Assembly (NCBI GenBank): GCA_039621445.1
Contig: CP154954.1
Coordinates: forward strand, 806,001 to 870,000
Length of the DNA stretch: 64,000 bases
Direction of reading: 5' to 3'
From: Euglena gracilis
Lineage: Eukaryota
The notes below the pieces were generated by a model. That model saw only the letters and a list, made by a program, of their open reading frames with translations, was not told where the DNA came from and ran no database searches. Both the position numbers and the translations under genes were made by a program. How positions within the stretch are numbered: the stretch's first letter is position 1; each line of letters starts with the position of its first letter. Of the stretch, positions 31,468 to 53,504 are shown piece by piece.

Positions 31468-31938
31468 ATGTCTCGAAGAAGAAGAGCAAAAAAAAGAATA
31501 ATATCACAAGATCCTATCTATAACAGTACTTTAGCAAGTAAAGTAATTAATAAAATATTATTGAATGGAAAAAAAACTCTAGCTCAGTATATTTTTTATG
31601 AAACAATGAAAAATATACAGGAAATTTATAAAAAAGACCCCTTAGACATTCTAAGAAAAGCGATAAAAAACGCATCTCCACAAATGGAAACAAGAAAGCG
31701 TCGTATCGGAAGAACAATATATCAAGTTCCTGTAGAAGTAAAAGAAGATCGTGGAACTAGCTTAGCATTAAAATTCATAATAGAAAAAGCTAGAGAAAGA
31801 AAAGGAAGAGGAATATCCACAAAACTAAAAAATGAAATAATTGATGCATCGAATAACACAGGTGAAGCTGTAAAAAAAAAAGAGGAGATACATAAAACAG
31901 CTGAAGCAAATAAAGCATTCTCAAATATGAAATTTTAA
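31468..31938 (+). CDS. rps7: Ribosomal protein S7 (copy B)
   Basis: MSRRRRAKKR...YQVPVEV...AEANKAF; str-operon order rps12-rps7-tufA. Confidence 0.97.
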   Translation: MSRRRRAKKRIISQDPIYNSTLASKVINKILLNGKKTLAQYIFYETMKNIQEIYKKDPLDILRKAIKNASPQMETRKRRIGRTIYQVPVEVKEDRGTSLALKFIIEKARERKGRGISTKLKNEIIDASNNTGEAVKKKEEIHKTAEANKAFSNMKF

Positions 31939-32108
31939 TATATATAAATTTTTTAAGCGTTAAAAAAAATAAAAAATAAAATTTGACCAAAATCTTTCTA
32001 ATAAAATGAGTTAATTAAATATTTTAAATAAAATAAAAATTTTATTAATTTTAAGATAATAAAATTTTTTCAAAAAAAAAGTTTCATAAAAGAAAACAAA
32101 AAATAAAA

Positions 32109-33710
32109 ATGGCTCGTCAGAAATTTGAAAGAACTAAGCCACATATTAACATAGGCACAATTGGACATGTTGACCATGGAAAAACTACTTTAACAGCGGC
32201 AATAACTATGGCTCTAGCTGCAACAGGAAATTCAAAAGCCAAAAGATATGAAGATATTGATTCAGCTCCAGAAGAAAAAGCCCGAGGAATAACTATAAAT
32301 ACAGCACATGTAGAATATGAAACAAAAAATCGACATTATGCACATGTAGATTGCCCAGGGCATGCGGATTATGTAAAAAATATGATAACAGGAGCTGCTC
32401 AAATGGATGGAGCGATACTAGTCGTTTCGGCGGCGGATGGACCAATGCCACAAACTAAAGAACATATTCTTTTAGCAAAACAAGTAGGAGTACCTAACAT
32501 CGTTGTTTTTTTAAATAAAGAAGACCAAGTAGAATAAGCTTAAAAATTAAAAACCTTCACTAAAAGAGAAACTTAAAAAAACATATAAAAAATAAAATTA
32601 ATTTTAAAATTAAATGAAGAAAATATTCCATCAAAAACGATAGTGAACTATTAGAATTAGTTGAATTAGAAATTCGAGAAACTCTAAGTAATTACGAGTT
32701 TCCAGGAGACGATATTCCTGTTATACCTGGATCAGCCCTATTATCTGTTGAAGCATTAACAAAAAATCCTAAAATTACTAAAGGAGAAAACAAGTGGGTG
32801 GATAAAATATTAAACTTAATGGATCAAGTAGATTCTTATACCTACACCTACAAGAGATACAGAAAAAGATTTCCTTATGGCTATTGAAGACGTTTTATCA
32901 ATTACAGGAAGAGGAACTGTAGCAACAGGACGTGTGGAACGTGGAACAATAAAAGTAGGTGAGACAGTAGAACTTGTAGGATTAAAAGACACACGTTCCA
33001 CAACAATAACAGGACTAGAAATGTTTCAAAAAAGTTTAGATGAAGCTCTTGCAGGAGACAACGTTGGAGTTTTATTAAGAGGTATACAAAAAAATGATGT
33101 TGAACGAGGAATGGTATTAGCAAAACCAAGAACAATAAATCCACATACAAAATTTGATTCCCAAGTATACATTCTTACTAAAGAAGAGGGGGGAAGACAT
33201 ACACCTTTTTTGAAGGATATAGACCACAGTTTTATGTACGTACAACAGATGTAACTGGAAAATCGAATCATTTAGCTCATACAATGATATTCTGCGCAAA
33301 TGGTAATGCCTGGGGATAGAATAAAAATGAAAGTAGAATTAATACAACCCATTGCAATAGAAGTGTCGTTTAATAAAATAAAATAAAATAAAATAAAATA
33401 AAATAAAATAAAATAAAATAAAATAAAATAAAAACTTTCGTTTAATATAAATATACGTCTTTCTACTTAAGACATAGTAAAAGAATGACTAACTGCAATG
33501 AATTTATTATTATTGCAGTTATCTCATGCTTTTACAGTCTTTAAGTGATACGTTATATTATTCATAATTTTTTCCTTGTTTACCCTTTCGGTAAATTGTC
33601 ATTAATTTTATATCAAATAAACCCTATTGGAAACAGGTATGAATTTGCAGATTAGAGAAGGTGGTAGAACTGTGGGTGTCGGCGTTGTTTTATCAATCCA
33701 ATGACCAATA
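32109..33710 (+). CDS. tufA: Elongation factor Tu (copy B); exons 32109-32533, 32638-33362 and a corrupted last exon ~33630-33710
   Basis: [17 protein letters not shown] and NKED motifs; ~104-nt group III intron at 32534-32637; small frameshifts absent in copy C. Confidence 0.93.
33372..33431 (+). repeat. (AATAA)12 tandem repeat in tufA second coding-region intron
   Basis: Direct count; the mirror at ~34120-34179 has the same length. Confidence 0.9.
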
Positions 33711-33999
33711 CATTAATGTTATGAATTAAGAGATATAATACTATATGCGTCTAAAAAATATTTAGATTATTTCCTATATAACTGATTTCCTATGATTAAA
33801 TATCCGAAATTCATTCCTCATCCTCTCTACAATATTCTAAAACCATGACTTACGTTATTTATTATTTTTCTTTGTCCCTCCGCCTTGACGCAATATTTTT
33901 GGAGGTTTAGTTTGTTTGTGCCTTTTATTTATTCCTCATTTGGTGTAAAGTGTCCATTTTTTACATTACTTTATAGCTCGTACGATTCATAAATCATTT

Positions 34000-35446
34000 A
34001 ATTATTGTATTATGGATTAAAACAACGCCGGCACCCACAGTTTCTACCACCTTCTCTAATGCAAATCTCCATACCTTTGTTCCAATATGTTTTATTTGTT
34101 ATAATTTAAACGAAAGTTTTTATTTTATTTTATTTTATTTTATTTTATTTTATTTTATTTTATTTTATTTTATTTTATTAAACGACACTTCTATTGCAAT
34201 GGGTTGTATTAATTCTACTTTCATTTTTATTCTATCCCCAGGCATTACCATTTGCGCAGGATTATCATTGTCTGATCTAAATGATTCGATTTTTCCAGTT
34301 ACATCTGTTGTACGTACATAAAACTGTGGTCTATATCCTTCAAAAAAAGGTGTATGTCTTCCCCCCTCTTCTTTAGTAAGAATGTATACTTGGGAATCAA
34401 ATTTTGTATGTGGATTTATTGTTCTTGGTTTTGCTAATACCATTCCTCGTTCAACATCATTTTTTTGTATACCTCTTAATAAAACTCCAACGTTGTCTCC
34501 TGCAAGAGCTTCATCTAAACTTTTTTGAAACATTTCTAGTCCTGTTATTGTTGTGGAACGTGTGTCTTTTAATCCTACAAGTTCTACTGTCTCACCTACT
34601 TTTATTGTTCCACGTTCCACACGTCCTGTTGCTACAGTTCCTCTTCCTGTAATTGATAAAACGTCTTCAATAGCCATAAGGAAATCTTTTTCTGTATCTC
34701 TTGTAGGTGTAGGTATATAAGAATCTACTTGATCCATTAAGTTTAATATTTTATCCACCCACTTGTTTTCTCCTTTAGTAATTTTAGGATTTTTTGTTAA
34801 TGCTTCAACAGATAATAGGGCTGATCCAGGTATAACAGGAATATCGTCTCCTGGAAACTCGTAATTACTTAGAGTTTCTCGAATTTCTAATTCAACTAAT
34901 TCTAATAGTTCACTATCGTTTTTGATGGAATATTTTCTTCATTTAATTTTAAAATTAATTTTATTTTTTATATGTTTTTTAAGTTTCTCTTTTAGTGAAG
35001 GTTTTTAATTTTTAAGCTTATTCTACTTGGTCTTCTTTATTTAAAAAAACAACGATGTTAGGTACTCCTACTTGTTTTGCTAAAAGAATATGTTCTTTAG
35101 TTTGTGGCATTGGTCCATCCGCCGCCGAAACGACTAGTATCGCTCCATCCATTTGAGCAGCTCCTGTTATCATATTTTTTACATAATCCGCATGCCCTGG
35201 GCAATCTACATGTGCATAATGTCGATTTTTTGTTTCATATTCTACATGTGCTGTATTTATAGTTATTCCTCGGGCTTTTTCTTCTGGAGCTGAATCAATA
35301 TCTTCATATCTTTTGGCTTTTGAATTTCCTGTTGCAGCTAGAGCCATAGTTATTGCCGCTGTTAAAGTAGTTTTTCCATGGTCAACATGTCCAATTGTGC
35401 CTATGTTAATATGTGGCTTAGTTCTTTCAAATTTCTGACGAGCCAT
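34000..35446 (-). CDS. tufA: Elongation factor Tu (copy C); exons 35446-35022, 34917-34189, ~34078-34000
   Basis: ORFs 35018-35446 and 34165-34758; group III introns of ~104 and ~110 nt; last exon [19 protein letters not shown] recognisable despite errors. Confidence 0.93.
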
Positions 35447-35616
35447 TTTTATTTTTTGTTTTCTTTTATGAAACTTTTTTTTTGAAAAAATTTTATTATC
35501 TTAAAATTAATAAAATTTTTATTTTATTTAAAATATTTAATTAACTCATTTTATTAGAAAGATTTTGGTCAAATTTTATTTTTTATTTTTTTTAACGCTT
35601 AAAAAATTTATATATA

Positions 35617-36087
35617 TTAAAATTTCATATTTGAGAATGCTTTATTTGCTTCAGCTGTTTTATGTATCTCCTCTTTTTTTTTACAGCTTCACCTGTGTTA
35701 TTCGATGCATCAATTATTTCATTTTTTAGTTTTGTGGATATTCCTCTTCCTTTTCTTTCTCTAGCTTTTTCTATTATGAATTTTAATGCTAAGCTAGTTC
35801 CACGATCTTCTTTTACTTCTACAGGAACTTGATATATTGTTCTTCCGATACGACGCTTTCTTGTTTCCATTTGTGGAGATGCGTTTTTTATCGCTTTTCT
35901 TAGAATGTCTAAGGGGTCTTTTTTATAAATTTCCTGTATATTTTTCATTGTTTCATAAAAAATATACTGAGCTAGAGTTTTTTTTTCCATTCAATAATAT
36001 TTTATTAATTACTTTACTTGCTAAAGTACTGTTATAGATAGGATCTTGTGATATTATTCTTTTTTTTGCTCTTCTTCTTCGAGACAT
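35617..36087 (-). CDS. rps7: Ribosomal protein S7 (copy C, two homopolymer indels)
   Basis: Reverse complement of 31468-31938. Confidence 0.92.
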
Positions 36088-36164
36088 ATATATAAGTTAA
36101 ATTTCTATTTTTCTAAATTTCTTTTTCAACTTTAGTGTTTTATTTTAGTTAATTTGGGTTGGTT

Positions 36165-36542
36165 TTATTTGGGTTTTGGTTTTTTTACACCGTATTTAGA
36201 TCTTGCATTTTTGCGATTTTTTACACTTGCTGCGTCTAAACATCCACGTATTACGTGGTACTTTACTCCTGGTAAATCTTTAACTCTTCCACCTCTGATA
36301 AGGACTACTGAATGTTCTTGTAAATTATGCCCTATTCCTGGTATATAAGCTGTAACTTCTAACCCTGAAGAAAGTCTTACCCTTGTTACTTTGCGCAAGG
36401 CGGAATTTGGTTTTTTTGGTGTTGTTGTGTAAACCCGCATGCATATTGCGCGTTTTTGCGGGCATCCTTTTAATGCTGGTGATTTAGTTTTTCGTTTTAT
36501 TTTTTTTCTCGGTGAGCGTGTTAATTGTTCTATTGTAGGCAT
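36165..36542 (-). CDS. rps12: Ribosomal protein S12 (copy C)
   Basis: Protein identical to 31013-31390. Confidence 0.98.
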   Translation of the reverse strand: MPTIEQLTRSPRKKIKRKTKSPALKGCPQKRAICMRVYTTTPKKPNSALRKVTRVRLSSGLEVTAYIPGIGHNLQEHSVVLIRGGRVKDLPGVKYHVIRGCLDAASVKNRKNARSKYGVKKPKPK

Positions 36543-37317
36543 TTTAGTTTTTTATTCTATTTTAGGGTAATATTTATTTTGCTTTAAAATATTTTTATCT
36601 ATTTTTTCTTGCGTTTTTTTTTTTAATCATCTTTTTGTTATGTGCGTAGGTTTTCTTTCGAAATAACAATTTATAAATTTACTTTTTTATATTTATATTT
36701 ATATTCTAAAAAGAATTCTTTTTTTCATCATAAATTTTTACTATTACATAGGTTATGTTTGATTTAGTTATTAGTTTTAATTTCTTTATTTTTTCAAATT
36801 TCCCAATGCATTAAAATGTTTTACTAATACGTATTTATTATTTTTATTTTTATAGTTTTGTATGATACATTATTATACATATTTTATCTATGCACGTATA
36901 TTTTTTCCTACTCGTTTTTTGTATGATAAATAGAATATTAAAATATATTCTTTATTTTTACGTTTTAATCGTAAGTAATTTTCTTCGCTATTTAAAATTT
37001 TTGATATATTATTTCTTTTTTTTTCCCAATATTAATTCTAAAAATCAGGATATGAAAAAGCCTAATATGAATTTCTTTTTTATAATTTTTAATAATTTAC
37101 TTTTTTTTGTCTTCTTTTATTGCAGTAATTTTGAAATTTCTTAGGTTAGCTATTTCTTGGTCATAATCTTATTTCAATATTTTTAATGCAGATTTTCCTT
37201 TTACTTGTTTTAAAAACCAACAAAATAATTTTTTATCATATTATTTCCGGAAGTAGTTTTTTTTATTACCATATTACCCATTCGTTCGATAGTAAGAATT
37301 TTTCCTTTTTTTGGATT

Positions 37318-37692
37318 TCATAAGTTAATTCCTGTTGATTTCATAATAGGTTTTGATAAATGACTGAATGATTTAGAATCTCTAACGTTTATTTCAGAAA
37401 GTAGTTTTTTGTTTACATAGGTTTTCGTTTTTCTAAGAAAAGATACGAAAATATTATATTTTTCATTTATGGTTAGATAGTATTTTAGTCCACCATTTAT
37501 TCTTGTTATCCACAATGTTTTATTTAGATTTTTTTTTTTTTTTCGGTCATAAAAAGCATAGTGTCTAGCTTTCATTAACTGTTGATTTCCTGTTCGAAAA
37601 AGTTTCGAATGTCCTCCAACCCATCCTTTCATTTTTGATATTTTTCTTTTTCGCTTTTTTTTACTTATACCATTATTTTTGATTCGTGTCAT
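37318..37692 (-). CDS. rpl20: Ribosomal protein L20 (copy C)
   Basis: Protein identical to copy B. Confidence 0.95.
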   Translation of the reverse strand: MTRIKNNGISKKKRKRKISKMKGWVGGHSKLFRTGNQQLMKARHYAFYDRKKKKNLNKTLWITRINGGLKYYLTINEKYNIFVSFLRKTKTYVNKKLLSEINVRDSKSFSHLSKPIMKSTGINL

Positions 37693-37961
37693 ATGTATTT
37701 TGTTGATTAAAGTATTCCTAGAAATTAAATTTTAAACATAATTCCTTTTGAATTTTTTACCTCTTTTATTGTATGTTTTACTTTAGATTATTTTATTTTT
37801 GTACTTTTTTTTGCACTAACAAAATTTTTTTCAGAATAATAATAATGATGGTTAGCTTTCTACAAACTTGCGTAATGTTTTTTTTAATAAAAATTCACAT
37901 TTTTATTATAATGAAGTCTTTTTTTTTGTCACTATTTATATATTATGTTATTATTATTCTT

Positions 37962-38123
37962 ATGTTGATATTAAAAGTATTTGTATACGCTTTGATTTTA
38001 ATTTTTGTTTCATTATTTGTTTTTGGACTTTTGTCTAACGATCCTGGTCGTAACCCATATGATGATACAGGCGAGTTAATGAGGGAAGTCTTTTATAAAG
38101 ATCCTTATAAAGGACCTTTATAA
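37962..38123 (+). CDS. psbI: Photosystem II protein I (copy C)
   Basis: Same as 1632-1793. Confidence 0.92.
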   Translation: MLILKVFVYALILIFVSLFVFGLLSNDPGRNPYDDTGELMREVFYKDPYKGPL

Positions 38124-38197
38124 TTTAATATTTAATTTTTATTATTATAAATAATAATCTTGTTGTATGATTATTTGATAATCATATAATATTTTTA

Positions 38198-38270
38198 GGG
38201 ATTGTAGTTTAATGGTTAGAGCACCGCCCTGTCACGGCGGAAGTTGCGGGTTCGAGTCCCGTCAGTCCCG
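38198..38270 (+). tRNA. trnD: tRNA-Asp(GUC) (copy C)
   Basis: Same as 1868-1940. Confidence 0.97.
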
Positions 38271-38339
38271 TTCCCTTTTTTATAAGTTTTTTAAATATTT
38301 AGTTTTTTGGATGATAAAATAAAATTTTTATAGTTATCC

Positions 38340-38826
38340 ATGGTTGAAACTCTTGTGTGGTTCTATTTATCGCAAAGTTTTATTTGCTTATTGTTTTATT
38401 TAAAGAGTATTTATATTTTTTAAGTATTATTATTAAAAATAATGTTTAGCTTTAACTATAATTAAAACTTTGAAAATTATTATGTTCATTTTTTGTATTG
38501 TGCGTTAATGTTTTTGCGAAAACGTTCACAGATTTTTATTATTTATTCTTTAAAATACATTTTTATATTAATAATTTTAATATTTAATGAAAAAATTTTT
38601 TATGACTTAAAAAGTTTATATTTGAAATAGTTTTTAAGCTGGGTGTTTGTTTATTTTGGCCTCCCTAGTTTTTAGAGAGATAAAAATTATTTTTTCATTT
38701 GACTTGGATATAATGTATCTACTTTAATTGTCAGGTATTATTTTAGGATTAATTCCAATAACTATTTGTGGTTTGTTTTTTACGGCGTATTTACAATATA
38801 TGCGAAGTGGTAATTCTTTTTATTAA
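38340..38826 (+). CDS. petG: Cytochrome b6/f subunit V, intron-split (copy C)
   Basis: Same as 2010-2495. Confidence 0.9.
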
Positions 38827-38873
38827 ATAAAACTTAAGTTCTAATTACATTTATAATTTATTTAACTTTAAGT

Positions 38874-38946
38874 GAGTTGGTAGCTCAGTTGGTAGAGCAC
38901 TCGGCTTTTAACCGATCGGTCCTGGGTTCGAATCCCAGCCAACTCA
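38874..38946 (+). tRNA. trnK: tRNA-Lys(UUU) (copy C)
   Basis: Same as 2543-2615. Confidence 0.97.
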
Positions 38947-38963
38947 TTTTTAATTTTGTGTAG

Positions 38964-42647
<3,684 letters not shown>

Positions 42648-42658
42648 TTATATCTTAA

Positions 42659-48148
<5,490 letters not shown>

Positions 48149-48232
48149 TAAAAATTTTTTACTTATTATTTGTTAATTAATGATTTTAGAATATAGTAAT
48201 TGTTATGTTTTATTTTTAAAGGGAAATTTAAT

Positions 48233-49154
48233 ATGGCAGGCTCAACAGGAGAACGTCCTTTTTCTGATATTGTGCGCGTTGGAATATACATTTTTTATTA
48301 TCAAATATTTTATTAATATCCTTTGAGATAAACGTGTAAGTTTAATAAGTAAAATTCTTTTTTGATCTTTTTTTATTATCTTATTATTTAGTTTATATAA
48401 TTTTTGAAATAATTTTTTAAGTATTTCCTTGAAAGTTTAACAATAATTATTACTATTTTTTAGTTTTTTAAAAGTAAATCTCAACATTGTTTATTTTTTT
48501 ATATAAGTAAAATAAAATTTGTTTTATATTTTTTAATTTTATTTTAAATTTTCAATCCGTATACAGCTCAAGTGTATTTGTTTGTACGGTTTTGGTATGA
48601 GCTTTGGAAGTTTAATTTCATATTACTAGTATTCGTTATTGGGTAATTCATGTGTGTATTTTCTTAATATTAAATGTTTTAAAAATTTTAATAATCAAAT
48701 GTTTTTCTTGTGAATGAAATAAATTGCAGATTATTTTTGATTTTACTTAACAAAAAAATTTTTTATTTTTATATTTTTGCACCTAAATAATACGTGTTTA
48801 TTTTAGGGATTTTTTATTTTATATTTTGTTTACTAAATTTTAATATTTTGTAAAACTGTTATTTATTTTGTTTGGTTTTCCTTAGATAACAGAAGATTAT
48901 TTTATTATAAGCTGTTTTTGTATAGTTCATTCCAACAGTTTTTAAACAAAAACTTTTTCTATTGTTTTTAGTTTTATAGTGTAACTATACCGTCATTATT
49001 TGTTGGAGGTTGGATTTTTGTAAGCACGGGAATTGTTTATGACATTTTTGGTACACCTCGTCCAAGCGAATATTTTACAGAAACAAGACAACAAGCTCCT
49101 TTAATTTCTGATCGTTTCAATGCTTTAGAACAAATGGATCAATTTACTAAATAA
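48233..49154 (+). CDS. psbE: Cytochrome b559 alpha (copy C); introns 48272-48621 (350 nt) and 48652-48977 (326 nt)
   Basis: Exons of 39, 30 and 177 nt give a continuous PsbE. Confidence 0.95.
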
Positions 49155-49159
49155 AATTT

Positions 49160-50325
<1,166 letters not shown>

Positions 50326-50432
50326 CCTTTAAAATTTTGTTAAAATAAAGTGTAAAGTTTTGTTTAAAGTTATACTTTTTTATATTTTTTAATCTAAGGT
50401 TTAACATATTTTTTTATTATAAATTATTTATT

Positions 50433-50549
50433 ATGGCACAAACAAATTCAAATAAAAAAACAGTCGAATTAAATAGGACAAGTTTATACTGGGGACTATT
50501 ATTAATTTTTGTTTTGGCTGTTCTATTTTCTAGTTATATCTTTAATTAG
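50433..50549 (+). CDS. psbL: Photosystem II protein L (copy C)
   Basis: [14 protein letters not shown] motif. Confidence 0.95.
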   Translation: MAQTNSNKKTVELNRTSLYWGLLLIFVLAVLFSSYIFN

Positions 50550-50637
50550 TTATTATTAATTAAAGTCTGCTTCTTGAAGCAAATATTTTTGTAGTATTTT
50601 TTTTTAACATTTTTTTATTATTTTGTGATAAATATTT

Positions 50638-50766
50638 ATGTCTAATTCAGAAAATACAGGTAGAATTCCACTTTGGTTAGTTCTTACAATAATCGGTTTA
50701 GCAGCGATTGCACTTCTTGCTCTTTTTTTTTATGGCTCTTATTCGGGTTTAGGTTCTTCTTTATAA
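50638..50766 (+). CDS. psbJ: Photosystem II protein J (copy C)
   Basis: TGRIPLW...[11 protein letters not shown]. Confidence 0.95.
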   Translation: MSNSENTGRIPLWLVLTIIGLAAIALLALFFYGSYSGLGSSL

Positions 50767-50914
50767 GTTTTTTATAATACTTTTATATTCTTAATATATA
50801 TTTTAGTTTATTCGGTAATTAATATATTATCGAATAAATTTTTCTAAATTTTTATAATTTAAAAAAGGTTATTATTTCCTTGTTTTTTTTTTGTTAGTAT
50901 TTTGTTTACTTTAT

Positions 50915-51521
50915 ATGTTTTATTTTATTTCTAGAAAATTTTATGATCAGTTTAAGTATGGGTGTGTTCTTATATTTTTTTTTTATATATTTATTTATTT
51001 TTTTTTTAATGTTAATTTTTTTTGAATATTTATAAATACTTTTGATTTTTTTTTAAATCTCAAATTTTGACCGATAAGACTAATAAACTTTTAAAAAATA
51101 ATGTTTATACTTTTGATGTTGATATACAAATGTTTTGAATGTTTATAGTAGCTGTATTTTTAGTTTGTAGTTTTATATTATAAAAATTTTAATTAATTAC
51201 TTTTATTTTTTTAGTATTTTATAACTTCATAAGTAAAAGGCAATTTAAAGATCTTATTGAAAACTGCTTTTAGTGTTAAAATTACTTCAGTTAATAGCTA
51301 TGTAAAATCTAGTAAATATTATCGTTCAAATAATTTTGAGGGTATGAAAAAATATTATAAAAGAATGTTTATTAAATTAGTGAGATTATATTATTATATT
51401 ATATTGGGAAATAAATATAACTTTTGTTTTCAATTAATTCTTTTTTGTTTAATTTCTTTTAAGGATTTTAATCAATTTATATAATGACTTAGAAACAATT
51501 CCTTTTTTTTCTTGTCTCTAG
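50915..51521 (+). CDS. rpl23: Ribosomal protein L23 with three group III introns (~50962-51062, 51133-51231, 51380-51482)
   Basis: Spliced MFYFISRKFYDQFKYG|ILTDKTNKLLKNNVYTFDVDIQM|SKRQFKDLIETAFSVKITSVNS...KRMFIKL|NDLETIPFFSCL; introns are ~100 nt with NTNNG 5' ends. Confidence 0.88.
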
Positions 51522-51555
51522 TTAATTTTTATTGTTTTAGTAGTGGCATTTATAG

Positions 51556-51656
51556 GTGAGTTTTACTTTATTTGTTTAAAAATAATTTAGTTTTTTATTT
51601 TTAACCTAAAATTTTTTAATTCTAATTTTTTCGATGTATTTAGTATATACTTTAAT
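51556..51656 (+). other. Probable intercistronic group III intron between rpl23 and rpl2
   Basis: GTGAG 5' end, ~100 nt, U-rich, A at -8 of the proposed 3' end; boundaries approximate. Confidence 0.6.
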
Positions 51657-51675
51657 AGTTTACTAATTTTTTAAT

Positions 51676-52509
51676 ATGATTATTCGTTATTACAAACCAT
51701 ATACATCAGGGACTCGTAAACGTTCTGTTAGTAATTTTTCAGAAATTACAAAATCTAATCCTGAAAAATATTTAACATTTTTTGTTCATAGGTCAAAAGG
51801 ACGGAATTCCCGTGGTGTGATTACTTGCCGAACTTTAGGTGGTGGTCACAAACGCTTGTATCGCAGAATAGAGTTTAAACGTAATAAGCTAGGTATTTTA
51901 GGAAAAGTTATTTCTATTGAATACGATCCTAATAGGAATGCTCGAATTGCTTTAATTTATTATAAAAATGGTGATAAGTCTTATATTATTCATCCAAAAG
52001 ATTTGTGCGTTGGTAATAATATTATTTCTGATTTTTTTTCTCCTATTAAAATAGGAAATTCTTTACCCATAAGCAAAATACCATTAGGTACTATTATTCA
52101 TAACGTAGAGTTTGAGCCTGGAAAAGGTGGTCAAATTGCAAGGGCTGCTGGAACTTTTGTACAAATATTGGCCAATGAAGGAAAATTTGTTACTATAACA
52201 ATGCCTTCGGGAGAAGTTCGTTTATTACGACGTTATTGTTGGGCTACTATTGGTCAAGTTGGAAATCTTGATCATTCTAATGTCGTTTTAGGAAAAGCTG
52301 GAAGAAATCGCTGGTTAGGAAACAAACCAACAGTTCGTGGTGTAGCTATGAATCCTTGCGATCACCCTCATGGAGGAGGCGAAGGCAGAAGTCCTATAGG
52401 TAGACCAAAGCCTGTTACGCCTTGGGGTAAACCAGCATTAGGTAAAAAGACAAGATCACCTAAACGATTTAGTAATAAATATATAATTCGCTCTAGAAAA
52501 ATGGTTTAA
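51676..52509 (+). CDS. rpl2: Ribosomal protein L2 (copy C)
   Basis: [12 protein letters not shown] and [18 protein letters not shown] motifs; intronless. Confidence 0.98.
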   Translation: MIIRYYKPYTSGTRKRSVSNFSEITKSNPEKYLTFFVHRSKGRNSRGVITCRTLGGGHKRLYRRIEFKRNKLGILGKVISIEYDPNRNARIALIYYKNGDKSYIIHPKDLCVGNNIISDFFSPIKIGNSLPISKIPLGTIIHNVEFEPGKGGQIARAAGTFVQILANEGKFVTITMPSGEVRLLRRYCWATIGQVGNLDHSNVVLGKAGRNRWLGNKPTVRGVAMNPCDHPHGGGEGRSPIGRPKPVTPWGKPALGKKTRSPKRFSNKYIIRSRKMV

Positions 52510-52568
52510 TATCTACTATTTTCCTTGTTATTATTTTGTTTATTTTTTATTTTGTTTATTTTTTATTT

Positions 52569-53053
52569 ATGTCTCGTTCTTTAAAAAAAGGTCCTTTTGT
52601 TTTTTATTCATTAATAAAAAAAGTTGACCAAATGAATTCGAATCGTTTTTGAGATTTGACCTTATGTTTTTAATTAATTTTTATTTTAGAATCATATATA
52701 ATACTAATTTATTTATTTTTTTTTTTTTAAATGAAAACTTTAGATCTTTTTTAAATCTGTAATATTAACTTGGTCCCGTTCCTGTACTATTATTCCAATT
52801 ATGATTGGAAATACAATAGGCGTTTATAATGGAAAGGAGCATATACCCGTTTTAGTTTCCGATCAAATGATAGGTCACTTTTGATTTTATAATTTTTGTA
52901 ATAAAAAATTTAAAGTTTATTTTCTTATATTATTGTGGGTTTTTTATTAATAAAATGGATTTATTAAACCTTATAAAATTAGGTGAATTTGTGCAAACTA
53001 GAAATTATCGTGGTCATAAAAAGCATGATAAAAAAACTAAGACTAAGAGATAG
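52569..53053 (+). CDS. rps19: Ribosomal protein S19 with group III introns 52649-52751 and 52879-52975
   Basis: [11 protein letters not shown]...[14 protein letters not shown]...[14 protein letters not shown]. Confidence 0.93.
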
Positions 53054-53163
53054 TAGAATTATTTTATATGTTATGTAATTTTTGCATGTATTAAGAACTT
53101 TTTAAATATTAGTATGGATACTTTTTATACAGTTTTTATATAATTTTATGTTATTTTTTACTG

Positions 53164-53504
53164 ATGGAACAAAAAAAACCTTTAGAATCTTCAGCTTCAA
53201 TAAAGTACGTTAGAATTCTCCTTTTAAAGTTAGGAGAATTTTAAATCAAATTAAAGGTCGTTCTGCAAAAGAGGCTTTAATGATTTTAAAATTTATGCCT
53301 TATAAACCTAGTACTCTTATTTTTAAGCTTCTTAAAAGCGCCGTTTCTAATTCAATAAAAAATTACGATGAAGATGCAAATGTTTTGCGTGTTCTCGAAG
53401 CTAGAGCAGATGCTGGACCTATCTTGAAACGTTTATGTCCACATGCACAAGGTAGGGGTTTTCCTATTAAAAAACGAACATGTCATATAACTATTATTGT
53501 CTGA
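53164..53504 (+). CDS. rpl22: Ribosomal protein L22 (copy C, one frameshift error; 3' end may lie beyond an intron starting GTCTG at 53499)
   Basis: Same as intact ORF 54507-54848; AQGRGFPIKKRTCHITI motif. Confidence 0.88.

Noticed and set aside
33372-33431. CRISPR-like or telomeric array
   Set aside because: Simple pentamer microsatellite without spacers, inside an intron and ~350 nt from the fold apex.
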